Positions 47,690 to 61,020 of a stretch of 64,000 nt of DNA are shown here, in pieces (the first letter of the stretch is position 1; every line of letters begins with the position of its first letter). The notes beneath the pieces were generated by a model that did not search any database, was not told where the DNA came from, and was given only the letters and a program-made list of their open reading frames with translations. This DNA comes from the human T2T-CHM13v2.0 reference genome, Homo sapiens, in the NCBI RefSeq assembly GCF_009914755.1, contig NC_060931.1. One strand, written 5' to 3'. Position numbers and translations under genes: made by a program.

Positions 47690-48182
47690 CAGCCTCCCAT
47701 CTGTAATTACAAGATGAACGCTTACCAAATAAGAGCTCCTTGGGCCTGGGAAAAAATTCAAATGGGCACCTGACCTTCTAGCGCCTCTGGATAAGAAAAC
47801 ATACAAGCTGGCCGGGCGCAGTGGCTCACGCCTGTAATCCCAGCACTTTGGGAGGCCAAGGTGGGTGGATCACGAGGTCAAGAGATCGAGACCATCCTGG
47901 CCAATATGGTGAAACCCCGTCTCTACTAAAAAAAAAAAACACACACACAAAAATTAGCTGGGTGTGGTGGCATGCACCTGTAATCCCAGCTACTTGGGAG
48001 GCTAAGGCAGGAGAATCGCTTGAACCCGGAGGCAAAGTTTCAGTGAGCCGAGATTGCGCCACTGCACTCCAGCCTGGTGACAGAGCGAGGCTCCGTCTCA
48101 AAAAAAAAAAAAGAGAACATATAAGCCAGGCAACGTGGCTCCTCGGAGCTGGAAGCGACTGCCTCTGGGGCAACTTCCTACC
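47690..48182 (+). repeat. Old direct repeat, copy B, split by an AluSc
   Basis: Aligns with copy A on both sides of the Alu. Confidence 0.9.
47810..48110 (+). mobile_element. AluSc, full length
   Basis: gaggtcaagagatcgagaccatcctggccaa and cctggtgacagagcg diagnostics; TSD aagaaaacatacaagc / aagagaacatataagc. Confidence 0.95.
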
Positions 48183-48501
48183 GTAACCTTACAGATTTAT
48201 CATAGCAACAAGGAGACTGAAGGAGGCATTGCCAGGTCATAACAGAAAGCATCCCATCTCCTGGGCTTTGCATTCTTTGCACACCTCTGCTTAGTCTCCA
48301 CCAGCAACTCCACCACTGCCTTCACAGAATAAAAGACCTGGGAGAAGCAAGAGGCCAGTCAGTTGCAGCTTAGCATAGGGGTGCTCAGCAGTGCTATGGC
48401 TGCAATGGAGGTTGAGGCAAGGGCAGGGAGCAGGGAGACTCCAGCACCTGCCATGACCGGGCTCAGAGGACTCAAAGCAGATGTTTGCAGCAATAATCTT
48501 G

Positions 48502-48684
48502 CTGTAATTTGACCAATTCTCAGACACTCATTTTTCATATTTTAGTCACTCTGAAATAGGGGTGCATCTTGTAATCAGCAGTGTGTCATGCTTTAAAGTT
48601 GGCAGCACTTTTGCCTTTCCTGGTGATTTATGAAATGATGGTGTGTTTTACAATTGATGGTATTGTAGGTTCAACAAAATATGG
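48502..48684 (+). mobile_element. MER104-like TcMar-Tc2 MITE
   Basis: ctctgaaataggggtgcatcttgtaatc...ttggcagcac...atggtgtgttttacaattgatggtattgtaggttcaacaaaatatgg followed by TA. Confidence 0.7.
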
Positions 48685-49090
48685 TACATCAGGACCAGCT
48701 GTTCACAATGTTAAACTAAAACTCTCTAACGATTCCAAAGAGACATTTCTATTATCCAAAAGCCCATTGCAGCAGTGGGAGCTGGAGCCACAAAACCAGA
48801 AGGGATCGCAGTGCAGCAAGAGACAGAAATGATCGGCCCCACTCAATTTCTCGGAAGTTGCAACATACCAAAATAAAAAGATATGGCATATGAACCATTT
48901 ACACTTGGAAAATGCCATATTGCTGGCTCCTATAAGAGGTCATCAGCTCCAGTGGACATTTCCCATCTTGAGGACTGGGTTGATGGCAGATGGTGACAAA
49001 GGTGGTAAGGTAAGAGAGATGGTAATTTGACAGTTTCCACAATAAAACCTAACATCAAAATTGTACTTTACAGTTTTCAAACATTTTCCT

Positions 49091-49228
49091 GGAACAGCAT
49101 GGTGGCTCACACCTGTAATCCCAGCACTCTGAGAGGCTGAGGCAGGAGGATCACTTGAGGCCAGGAGTTCAAGACCACCTGGGAAACAGAGTAAGACCCT
49201 CTCTCTAATTAAAAAAAAAAAAAATTAG
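49091..49228 (+). mobile_element. FLAM_C / AluJ left monomer inserted in a minus-strand MIR
   Basis: Monomer plus A tail; TSD aaa(c/a)attttcctg. Confidence 0.85.
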
Positions 49229-49779
49229 AAAAAATTTTCCTGAGCATTACACGATCTCAGGCCTAGCTGGTGGTATCGTCCCCTTTTTAAAGCTGAGGAA
49301 AATGAACCACAAGCAGCTGGGAGATTTATCCAAGCTCGCACAGTTAGTCGATGGAGAGAAGTGACTAGCCTGCCGAGATAAAGGATCTTGCCTTAAGAGC
49401 CTTCCACTATTCCACAAAAGACAAGAGAAAGACTTAGTCCTGGGCAGACTTTTCTTCAATCTTTTCAAGTCTCCGAAGTAGACTAATTTTCATGCTATGT
49501 CTTTTTACCAGCATTCCAGAAATAAAAGGGTAAGGAGAGTTAAAAGGGTGAATGTATGTTTTAAATGGCCATGTGCAAAAATGTCTGCACGGATCCTGAT
49601 AATTAAATTTTTAGTATGAGAGATAATTTGTGCCTTGGTGGCACATTTTTCTGATTGTTAAAGTCATACAAATTTAGAAAATAATGAGGTTCAAACTGTT
49701 GAAAGTATTTACACAATCAATTAGCCCACAGTTAATAAGTGATTTCACCGAGCAATCAGCACTAAAAAAGCATTAAAAG

Positions 49780-50320
49780 GCTGTGACAGAATTCTTCCCC
49801 CATGGAAGCAGACAGTGCAATTTGAAGAAAAGAGAAACATTAAAAAATATAGTAATACAATTTGGAAGGGATGAGCTCAAATAAAGAAGGAAGGACTATA
49901 GACTGGAATTGTCAAGGCAGCCTTCTCAGAGAAGGAAGGATTTGAGATGGGCCTTAAAGGATGATTAAGATTTAGCTCAGCTGAGAGGGAGGTGGGTGGC
50001 ATTCCTGCATCTAGTAAACAGGTGAAGAAACAAATGAGATGCTATATAAGAGCTTGGCATGTAGCAGGGTGATCAGTGAGGGTCATTGGGGAGAAATGGA
50101 AAGAACAGCAGCCTCTCAGGGGTGAGCAAGGGCAAACCTGGTGGAAGGGGGCTTGAAAATAGAGTAAAGACAGTTCCAAAGGGAGGTTACACAGGATCTT
50201 AAAACCAGGCTGGAGTATTTGAATTTTAACCTATAAATAATGAGAAGCTATTGAAAGTTTTTGAGCGGAAGAACAGGTGGTAAGAGGTTTTACATAGATA
50301 ACTTCTGCAACATGCCTAGG
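49780..50320 (-). mobile_element. L2 fragment
   Basis: gtcaaggcagccttctcagagaaggaaggatttgagatgggccttaaaggatga...aatgagaagctattgaaagtttttgagc. Confidence 0.7.
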
Positions 50321-50599
50321 AAGGACCCCATTAAAATTTTTATATAAAACAGGGGTCAGGGAGGGTCATTGAAATAGAGAAGTCCTTGTCCAAGGTGGAT
50401 CCTGAGATGGAAACAAACCATTGACTTAAATGACAAACCAACTGCTCAGCCCTCAAAGACAAATGACAGAGATTAGGCTGTCTGTGGGCATACAAGTGGA
50501 AATGCCCAACAGTAGTTGAACTATGGGGTCTTGCTTCAGGAGAAGGGTCCAAACACACATAGATAAAGATAGAGACAGACAGGAAGGTAGATTTAATAG

Positions 50600-50948
<349 letters not shown>

Positions 50949-50994
50949 TAATGAATTTTAACAGCTAGTTTTATATATGTGTGTGTGGATGGAT

Positions 50995-51162
50995 GGAAAG
51001 AAAGAAGGAGGGAGGGAGGGAGGAAAGAAGGGGAAGGGAAGGAGAAGGGAAGGGAAGGGAAGGAGAAGGGAAGGGAAGGGGAGGGAATGGAAGGGAAGGG
51101 GAGGGGAGGGGAGGGGAGAGAGAGAGAGAGAGAGAAATAGAGAGAAAGAGAAAGAGAGAAAG

Positions 51163-51217
<55 letters not shown>

Positions 51218-51221
51218 AAAG
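50995..51221. repeat. Polypurine compound microsatellite (GGAG/GAAGG/GA/GAAA)
   Basis: 227 bp containing only two pyrimidines. Confidence 0.95.
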
Positions 51222-52649
51222 CAAGCAAGCTTGACATTTAATTTTGCTCTTTTTTCTCTCTCTAGTCATTCATCCTCCCACCCCTTCCACAGTCTAGCAC
51301 CTTATCTCAGTACCTTTCAACACTGAATTTTTCAAATAATAACAATAAGCCACCAAAAAGACCTCAATATTGCCTATCTCTGATATGCAAGAGTATTGAA
51401 GATAGAAATACCTGCTGACACTGTGATTTGCACAATTCTTTTATTTATTTATTTATTTATGTGACAATCATTTATTGAGTGCTTTCCATGTGCTAAATAC
51501 TGTGCCCAGTGCTGGAGATACAGCAATCATTCATTCATTTAATACATGTTTGTAGAATACATACTGTGTAAAAAGCTCTGTGCAAAGAGCTGTGTAAGTC
51601 ATGGCTCCTAACTTCAAGGTAAATAAACCCCTACTGGTGATATCAATATACATGAAGTTATCTTCTTATAGGGAGTACATTCACAATTCCAGGCTCAAAT
51701 AAAGTGTTCTATTCCACACACCTGGGAGGCACTAAGGTCTAGGGAGGAAATGAAACTCTTATAACTGTCCTGAGCATGTGAGATTAACAAGTGCTCTTGT
51801 AAAACTAAATGCCAACTGCAGAGCTGCCTATTGGCCAGTGGCCTCCTCACAGGTATTTACGTTTATTTATTTGCTAGATTTATCACATTTGCAGGCTGTG
51901 CCATTTGGCCTCAGGGTCAAATAAATCACTTTTAAATTTTTAACATCATTCTTAAGCATTGCGTGCCCCTATATGCCCCTGACAGACTTTCTAAAGCCTT
52001 TACAGGAACAGAATTAAATCCATTTCGCAAATAAATACACTGGAAACAGCAGGGTTTAAATGTACCGATAAGGGAAAAAATAAATTCTAGGAAAAACCTG
52101 GAGATAGGATTGATGTGTTCTGCAGTACTTTTTAGATGTGGAAAAATTCCTCCCCACAAAACTGGGGTTTCTAGCTGACCTTCTAGACAGTAAAAAAAAG
52201 AAAAAAGAAAAAAGACTTGGGGTGGCATGTGGAATTCTGTCTCTCTTCTTCTTGGCACACATTCCTTTTCAAAGATATGTGCTCCATGAGGATTTGTCAT
52301 AAGGTTCAAAAAGACAGCCAAAGATCATAACAAAGTACGTAATGGAATGGAATAGAAATGCATTTTTAAGAAAGCTGGCCACGTCATTTGGAAATTCAGC
52401 CGAGGTAGATTCTCCCATCTCCCAAAGCCTAAATCTGTCTCTGGGAGAAAGCTAAACATGTAGAAAGGAGAACTGACTCTTTGAATATTATTGTACTCAC
52501 ATAATTAATGTTATATTAAATTATCCTTTCATATGCTCATCAAACATTTATTGAGCACTGTACTAAGAACAGATTTGGTGCCACGGAGTACAAAAAATAA
52601 GACAGGGTCCCTGCTATTAAGGAGCATTCACGCAAATTAAAAATTACCA

Positions 52650-52842
52650 TATGTATAGTTAATAACAATGTATTATATACTTGAAAATTACTGACAGTAG
52701 ATTTTAGATGTTCTCACCACAATTAAATGTTGCATGTGTAGTAACGCATGTTAATTAGCTTGATTTAGCCATTCCATAATGTATCCATATTTCAAAACAT
52801 TGTGTTGTGTCATCAACATATACAATTATACGTCAATTTAAA
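52650..52842 (+). mobile_element. L1MA (L1MA6-9-like) 3'UTR fragment
   Basis: tatagttaataacaatgtattatatacttgaaaatt...gttaattagcttgatttagccattccataatgtat...tcaatttaaa. Confidence 0.8.
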
Positions 52843-53533
52843 CACAAAGAAATAATTTTCATCACCATATTACAAATCCTACAAAATGTTGTTACAAGAG
52901 CCTGAGAAAGATGCTTTATATTAGGAATGACTGTTTCTTTGTCATATAATCTCAGTCTAGCATTCTCTTTTTTTTTCTGTGCTCTATGGAAATGACAATA
53001 TATATTTATTCGACTGTAAAGCAACTTCATTTTTCCAGTATCTCTTTGCTTTTCTCCACTACCTCTTTCAAGTGGTGCTGACTTATCATGACTAAATTGG
53101 TTTACGATGGAAAGATGTTTTGATATTTGATCTGAAAGACGTGTGTATTTTTGTTCTGGGTATAATCTTACACCATTATTTTGGATTAACCGACAGACTC
53201 CAAATCCCAGTTGCATTGGATAGGTGACCTTCTGCTATATAATTTCTGCCACTACAATGAACTACCAAAGACCAGAAGCCATGTTTTAAAAATCTATGAT
53301 TCCCTACCCCACAAAAACAAGAATGACAAACAGGAATTCAATAAATATTTAATAATTCAGACAAGTAGTTTCTAGATCTTGTCATCTCATACAACAAGTA
53401 AACCTGTGTTCTAAGCCACTGAGATTTAGGCATTATTTGCTACTCCAGAATACCTTAGCTTAAGCCGACCAATACACCAGACTTCAATATGTAAATATGA
53501 GTAAATGGCAAGTGAATGAATATATCTGTAGTG

Positions 53534-53832
53534 TTTTGTTTGTTTGTTTTTTGAGACAGAGTCTTGCTCTGTCGCCCAGGCTGCGATGCAGTGGCCCAAT
53601 CGTGGCTCACTGCAACTCCACCTCCAGGGTTCAAGCAATTCTCCTGTCTCAGCCTCCCAAGTAGCTGGGACTACAGGCGTGCACCACCACGCCCAGCTAA
53701 TTTTTTTATTTTTAGTAGAGACAGAGTTTCACCATGTTGGCCAGGCTGGTTTTGAATTCCTGACCTCAGATGATTCGCCCGCCTCAGCCTCCCGTGGTGC
53801 TGGGATTACAGGAGTGAGCCACCGTGCATAGC
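53534..53832 (-). mobile_element. Alu (AluSx/Sz-like), full length
   Basis: Reverse Alu with (TTTG)n tail. Confidence 0.92.
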
Positions 53833-54884
53833 TGTGTAGTTTAATTAATCTATTTTACTGGTATCTTTTCCTAATTCTCTGAAAAGTCTGACAGAGCGAA
53901 CTTTACCTCTTTCTATTCCTCCATTCCCTTTAAACTCTGCTGTGCATTTCAAGTGAAATATCATTTATCCTTGTTTTTTATTCTCTCCCATGTACTGTCC
54001 CTATAGTCACTGACTAAGATCCTCGAAGCCTCGAAAAATAAAAACACTGGGAAAAAGGAAAGATCTTCCAAAGAAAAATGAAAGTCTCTGTTGTTTTGTG
54101 GTTGCAAGACCACTGCCATAAGAACTAATAACAATAGCTGTCATTTATTGAGTGGCTACTTTGTGCCCAGTGCTGAGCATTAAATGCATAATCCTCCCAC
54201 CAAACCAGTGAACTAGCACCATCATTATCTGCATTTCACAGAGGAAGAAAGTAACAGTTCAGGAGATGGATAAATTTTGACAAGGACTGTTTGTCTTTAG
54301 GAGGAAGACTATTTTAAAAGGCAGCTCAGCGTTCGCTTGGATGCAGTCTATCTTCGGAACTGCTTCGAACAGAAGGGGTAGAAAAATGCTTATTTTGTGG
54401 CTAATTGAATTAGTGCCTCTCTCTCAAACATAATGAAATTCAAAGCCATTTTATTAGCCCTCTTGGGACTCTTTTTAAAAATTCTTCCTCTACTGTATTA
54501 GATTAGCCTGCCAAGATGACCCTGTATAAAATGAGGTCAGGCTTCTTTCAGGGTATTTCTTTGTTGCTCCTACCTATACCAGGGCATGTGAAGGTCACTT
54601 TGTTCAGTCCTCCCATTTCCCTTCCAAATACCCCAGAAAGAGATCAGAGTATCTTCTAAACATCAGAATCAAACGGGCCCTCCCTCCATTCTCCCATATG
54701 CTCTCAGTGGCTAGTACTGTGTGTTTCTGGATGCATCATGAAAACATTACCTCCCACACCTCAGGGGAACGGAGATGTGTTTTAAAGGAAATTATGTTAG
54801 TCTCCAACCAGTGTCACCCCACTTGTACTCAGAGCCTTTGAAAAACTTGACTATGTGCTGAAAGGTCTTTTGAGGATAACATGA

Positions 54885-55570
54885 TGCAGTGGACTAAATG
54901 TCTGTGTCCTCCCAAAATTCGTATGTTGAAACCCTCAAGGTGATGGTCTAGAAGGTGAGACCTTTGGGAGGTGATTAGGTCATGACAGTGAAGCCCTCGT
55001 GAATGGGATTAATCCCTTTTTAAAAGAGGCCCCAGAGAGCTCTCTCACCCTCTTTCCACCGCGTGAGAATATAATGAGAAGATAGCAGTCTGCAACCCAG
55101 AAGCAGGCCCTCGCCAGAACCTGACCATTCTGGCACCCTGATCTTGGACTTCGAGCTTTCAAAACTGTTAGAAATCAATGTTTCTTTTCTTTTCTTTTTT
55201 TTTTTTTTAGAGACGGAGTCTCACTCTGTCACGCAGGCTGGAGTGTAGTGGCGTGATCTTGGCTCACTGCAACCTCTGCCTCCCAGTTCAAGCAATTCTC
55301 CCACCTCAGCCTCCCGAGTAGCTGGGACTACAGGCGCCCACCACCATGCCCGGCTAATTTTTGTATTTTTTTAGTAGAGACGGGGTTTCACCATGTTGGC
55401 CAGGCTAGTCTTGAACTCCTGACCTTGGGATCTACCCCCCTTGGCCTCCCAAAGTGCTGGGATTACTGGCATGAGCCACAGTGTCCGGCCCCAATGTCTG
55501 TTCTTTCTAAGCCATCCAGTCTATGTTACCTTGTTACAGCAGCTCCAGATACATAGTCTGACTAAATATA
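54885..55570 (+). mobile_element. MLT1A0-like MaLR solo LTR interrupted by an Alu
   Basis: tggactaaatgtctgtgtcctcccaaaattcgtatgttgaaacc...ggcaccctgatcttggacttc...aagccatccagtctatg. Confidence 0.85.
55181..55490 (-). mobile_element. Alu (AluSx-like) inside the MLT1A0
   Basis: Reverse Alu flanked by degenerate caatgt...ttc TSD. Confidence 0.93.
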
Positions 55571-56002
55571 CAACTTGGAACAAACAGTAGCTATTATTAG
55601 GAACACAGCTTTGGAAAGACCAATTTGTAATCATGAAATGCCCTTCTTTGATATTCTTTCCAACCCCTCCCTTCCATGGACTCTTCTACATGGCCTTAGG
55701 CTGGAGACAACATCAAAGAATTTGAACCTAGCTCCACCACTACTAACGACATGGCATTGCTAAGTTACTTAACTTCTCTCCCACAGTTTTCTCATCTGTA
55801 AAATGGGGTTGCTAAAGTTGTCTATCTCCAACAATGCTGTGTAATATACCTAAGGCTCTTAAGTCAATGCCTGGCACTTGGTAAACCCCACAGAAGGGGT
55901 TTGCAATTTTTATTTTTCCCTTCCATCTATTCCTTCTCTCCTCACAATGCCCTGATTAAAGGAATGATTCCAGCCTCAGCCATTCACCCTCATTAGCTCA
56001 AG

Positions 56003-56255
56003 CTAATGTTTCTCAACTTTTTTTCATGAAGCAGTGTATTAATTGTTTTCTATCACAACAAAATACACATAAAAACACATACAAAATGTAAACAAGAGTT
56101 TCATGAAACAATATTTACCTTTATCATATGCAATGTGCTCTAGTCTTATCTTTTTTGTTTGTTTTGTTTTTTTGGTTTTCAAGCTAGTCACAGTCCACTA
56201 AATTTACTTCATGACTTAGCACTAGGCTGCTGCAGTTGGTTTGAAAAATAGCTGA
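56003..56255 (-). mobile_element. MER113-like hAT-Charlie element
   Basis: gtttcatgaaacaatatttacctttatcatatgcaatgtgctc...ccactaaatttacttcatgac...gtttgaaaaatagctg. Confidence 0.6.
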
Positions 56256-56556
56256 TCTAAGCTAACCACCATTCATTAAATTCTGACAACACCAGTATAA
56301 GGCAGATATGTCAATTTGACATATTTTTTAAAACTTAGGCACAGAGAGGTTAAGTGACTTACGCAAGGTCACACAGTTTGCCAATAACTGGCATAGGAAC
56401 TTATGAAGATTGTTCCTGATCCAGAAGTAGGCAGGTGGCCTAAGTCAGCCCAGTTAAACTGAGTATGGAGGATGTGTGTAGCTCAATTGACCCCCATGTT
56501 ACTAACCTGAGTGGGGTGCTGTGTCTGGGGAGAGCTGCCACTACAGATGGCAGCCT

Positions 56557-57275
56557 AGCCTAGGCTAGGCTCTCCAGTATGTATGTCTTTGTCTTCATTT
56601 TTAACAAAAAAAACAAGTTTAAAAAGTAGAAAATAAAGTTTAAAAATAGAATAAAATCTTATAGAATAAGGATATAAAGAAAGTATTTTTGTACAGCTAT
56701 ATCATGTGTCTGTGTTTTAAGCTAAATGTTATTATAAAAGAGTCAGAAAGTTTAAAAAATTAAAAAGTTTATAAAGTAAAAAAGTTGCAGTAATCTAAGG
56801 TTAACTTGTTATTATAGAAAGAATTTTTTATACATTTAGTGTAGCCTAAGTATACAATGTTTATAAAGCCTACAGTCGTGTACAGTAATGTCCCGCGTCT
56901 TCACCTTCACCCGCCACTCACTCACTGACTGAGCCAGAGCAGCTTCCAGTCCTGCAGGCTCCATTCATGGTAAGTGCCCTACAAAGGTGTACCATTTTTT
57001 ACCTTTTACACCATATTTTTTACTGTATCTTTTCTATGTTTAGATATGTTTAGATGCATAAATAGTTACCATTGTGTTACAGTAGCCTAGAGTATTTGGT
57101 ACAGTACCATGCCATACAGGTTTGTAGCCTAGGATATAGCGTATAGTTTAGGTGTGTAGTAGCCTATACCATCTAAGTTTGTGGAAGCACATGCTATGAT
57201 GTACGCATAATGAGGAAATTGCTTAACAACACATTTCTCACAATGTATCCCCCCTCATTAGGCAATGCATGGCTG
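56557..57275 (+). mobile_element. Tigger3b-like DNA transposon, 3' portion
   Basis: cactcactcactgact...cttccagtcctgcaggctccattcatggtaagtgccct...catttctcacaatgtatccc...gcatggctg right TIR. Confidence 0.85.
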
Positions 57276-58149
57276 CAATATCAATCCCCATTTTGTAGAA
57301 AATGAAGCTCAAAAATTTTACCAGAGGAGTCCTAGCTAGTAAAAGGTGGATCCAAGATTCAGACCAAGGTCTGTCTGATATCAAGACACTGCACCACGCA
57401 GCCCACAGCAGACGGTGTACTCAAATATAAAGGACAAAATAAGGGGTTGATAGGTGCTGACTTTCTCCAAAGAAGGCCCATCATTACCACCTGCACCCTC
57501 CCCACCAACACAAGCACTCTGCTGCTCGCCTTAAATGTTCTTACCCCTTTCTACTTTACCTTACAGCTGTCAGTGTTTGTGCTTTAGGTTCTTCACTGGA
57601 ACTCTGTGCTCCTAGGGAGAGGGGCCAGGGACATGTAGCTTGTAGCTCTGTGCCTGCATATCAAAGGCATGCAAGAAATACACAATTCATTGGTTGTTTT
57701 TGGATCACTTTTTGTCCCATTAAGAAATAATGGAGGAAGTGGAGAGGGGGTGAAGAGAATCCTCCAGAATTTGGTGATAAGTTTTATGCAAATTCCATTC
57801 CACATGCCCTGTCATCACTGTGTGTTATGTGCGGGCACTCCTTGCTGGTCCTTATAAGTATCTCTCTCAGACAGGCAAGAGGGTGGAAGAAAGATGGGTG
57901 GAATCACTTTAACAACAGATAAAATATTGGCACTGCTGTTGATGCAGGGACCAGACCAGCTAAATCTAACCCCTGTGGGTTTTCAGATCTGACCTAATCC
58001 TCCTCATTAAAGCTAAACTCTCATCCACTTTGGACTGTGGCCTGGCCCGGAGTTCATTTTAAATCCCAGGACCAATGGCTTTGCCAATATTTTATGTGTT
58101 CCCTGGGTAACTCTTGGAAGGCTGCATTCAAGAAGCAAACAGCTCTGAC

Positions 58150-59105
58150 AGTGGCTATCACCACTTATAATGAATCCTTTGGTGGCCTCCCTACCTGCCA
58201 AATTCAGTGTAAACTCTTAGAATGCATCCAAGGTGCTCCAAAGCAGGCCTTCATTTTTTTTTTAATCTTAACTCCTATATTTCCTCCTCCCTTAGCCAAA
58301 CTAGCCTACTCCAGTTGCCCCAAACATCCCCTGCTCCATGTGGCCTCTTGGCCTTGTTCATGCTGGTGCTTTTGCTTGCACGCCTTTGTAGCCATGCTGC
58401 CTGTTGTGATCACATCCTTTCTGGAAGGCCCAGCTCTAAGACCACCTCCCTTGTGAAGTCTTTGTTCTTTCTACAGGTACTCTCCCCATTCTGAACCCTC
58501 ATAGCATTTTGCCTATATCTCTTCTAAAGCAGCTATGACAATTATTTGGGAACTGGCTTCTATCCACTAATTAAAATTTTAATATTCATGATTATTGCCA
58601 ATTACTTACTTACTGGGGTTTCCTAATGCCAGGCATTGTGTTAAGTGCTCTGTATACATTAACTCATTTAATCTTCATTATATCTCATAAAGGATGTAAA
58701 AATGGAGGTAATAATAACCTACCTCATTGGCTTATTGTGAGGATTGAATGAGGACTACGCGAAAGTTCCATGCTTCTGAGTTCCATGCCTGTAAGCCTGG
58801 CAGGTTGTGAGTACTCAATACGTGTTTGCTATCACCATCATCGTTATTATCATCACGATCATCATCATTACCATGATCATCAAATCCATTTTACAGAAGA
58901 AGAAACTGAGTTGTCAAGTAATTTACATATAAGTACACCACTAGTAAAAAGTGAAACTTGTATACTGTGTTAATCACTGCCCTATACCACATTTTAATGT
59001 AAATCCTTTCAGGGCAGACATTGCATGAACACATCTTTATACCCCTTCAGAGTTTAGCACAGAGCCTGACCCAGAGGCAGCCTATAAGCATATGATGAAT
59101 AAATA
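58150..59105 (+). mobile_element. L2 fragment interrupted by MIR pieces and a (CAT)n tract
   Basis: ggtggcctccctac...aaactcttag...ggcccagctctaagaccacctcccttgtgaagtc; 3' end tttagcacagagcctgac...atgaataaat. Confidence 0.6.
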
Positions 59106-60454
59106 AGGCCCATCAAAAACTGTCAGATCTTGCTTGGTGGTTTCCACCAACTGCCATCTAATAGTTGATTTTCCTGGGTGGGGTGAAAATGTACACACCT
59201 GGTATAGGCTTTTCTGCATATAGGTTTGAATATAGGTTTCCTACTTGTCAATCCTTTCAAATGACGCACCTTCCTTAAGCTACTAAAAATGTCCTCTTCC
59301 AGTGCACGATGTAAATAAACGCAACTATTTTCACAATTTTAATATGAGCAAAGTATGTGTTCATGGTCCAAATTCTGCAGCCGTCCTGCCCAGACTCACG
59401 CATAGGAGTGAATGGATCTGAAGTGCATTAAGCACACCCACACTTTTCTCCTATCTCCCTCATCTTGTAGTTTCAGCTCAGGCTGCTTAGGTTTTGTTTA
59501 CGTTGCCATAAATTAAAGGGCATGCTTTTTACACGTCCTGAATACATTTCACTCAAGATGACAGAGAATGGGAAAAGTGGTTTCCCTAACCCTCTCAAAT
59601 GTCCCTCTCAAATGTCACATGGAGGAGCATGCTTTGCAGCCAGGCACAATGATACCTGAACAGGGGCATGACCACTTGAAATTAATACATAATCAACAGC
59701 AAGCTGCCCGTCGGCCAGAGATGGAGGGAGATCATTTTCACCCATGCATGACTGAAGCCTCTCACCCCAGGCGATGGTGTGCCTCTCAGCTAACCATGAA
59801 AATCGGTCACATATGTCTCCTGCTCTCTTACACAGCTGCGATTTGGCCACAATATTTCGATTTGTTTCACCAACATTTTCTAAGTGACCTACGACTTCAT
59901 CATAGTCCCAGTTAGTCCCCTTGTGCAGAGCCCCCACACAGAGGCCTGAAGTCAACAATAATTGCTGAATCTCAAATATCCAGGGTCCCACCCATCCTGG
60001 CTTGGCCCCCGTTGTGCTGAAATCAGGTCAGATCCAGGGCTCCCAGCCACTCTAGGAAAACTGCAGAGACCAAGCTGCTTATCCAAGAGGAGAGGCTAAA
60101 GGTTAGTACCTAAGGGTGAAAAAAAAACCCACCCTTCTTACAGAGGCATGTTTTATACAGCATGGTGATGACAAAAGTAACATGTACACAAGATGCATGC
60201 ATTCATCCCACCTAATAAAAATGAAAAGACTGTGATTTTCTGTAGGTCATTTTATTTGACCTGTCTTCACCCTCACAACAATCAAATTGTTCTGGTGTCA
60301 TTATCTCCACTTTACAGATAAGAACACTGAGGCTCAAAAAGTTTGAGTTACGTGCTTAATGTTATTCAGCCCATTAATAGCAAAGTCAGGACTCATGGTT
60401 ATGTGATTTGAGCCAGGACCCATTTTATGTGTTAGGGGCAGAGAGAAGCTCTGG

Positions 60455-61020
60455 CAGTTGTAGTCAACCCTGGTATCACCTGAGAATCACCCAGAGATCT
60501 ATAAAAATTAACCCACCCCTCATGAGTGTCCCTGGCCAACCCCAGACCAATTGCATCAGAATCACTGGGGGAAAGGGCTCAGATATAGTTATTGCATTAG
60601 TCAGGGTTCTCCAAAGGAACAGAACAAGTAGGGTGTGTGTATATATATAGTGAGAGATTTATTTTAAGGATTTGGCTCACTTGATTATACAGGTAGGCTG
60701 GGTAGGCTGGCAGGCTGGAGACCCAGGAGAGAGCTAATGTTCCAGTTCAAGTCCAAAGGTCAGTCTTTTGTTCTGTGTAGACCTTCAACTGACTGGATGC
60801 GGCCCACCCATATTAGGGAGGACAATCAGGTTTACACAAAGTCTATTGATTTAAATGTTATTCTCATCCAAAAACACCCTCACACAAACACCCAAAATAG
60901 TGTTAAACCAATTATCTGCACACCGTGACCCAGTAAAGTTGACACATAAAATTCACCATGACGGGTATTTTTAAAGCTGCACAGGTGCTTCCACTGTGCA
61001 GCCAATGTGGAGAGCCACTG
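60455..61020. mobile_element. MER5-family MITE split by an MLT2 LTR
   Basis: cagttgtagtcaaccctgg...ccccagaccaattgcatcagaatc, resuming after the LTR as tatttttaaagctgcacaggtgcttccactgtgcagccaatgtggagagccactg. Confidence 0.7.
60593..60963 (-). mobile_element. MLT2B-like ERVL solo LTR
   Basis: ttagtcagggttctccaaaggaacagaac...aagttgacacataaaattcaccat; 5-bp TSD gttat/ggtat. Confidence 0.85.

Noticed and set aside
50958-51269. K/E/R/G-rich and F/L/S/P-rich ORFs
   Set aside because: Stop-free by-products of the polypurine microsatellite.
58770-58973. His-rich 67-aa ORF
   Set aside because: Arises from a (CAT)n tract between MIR fragments.
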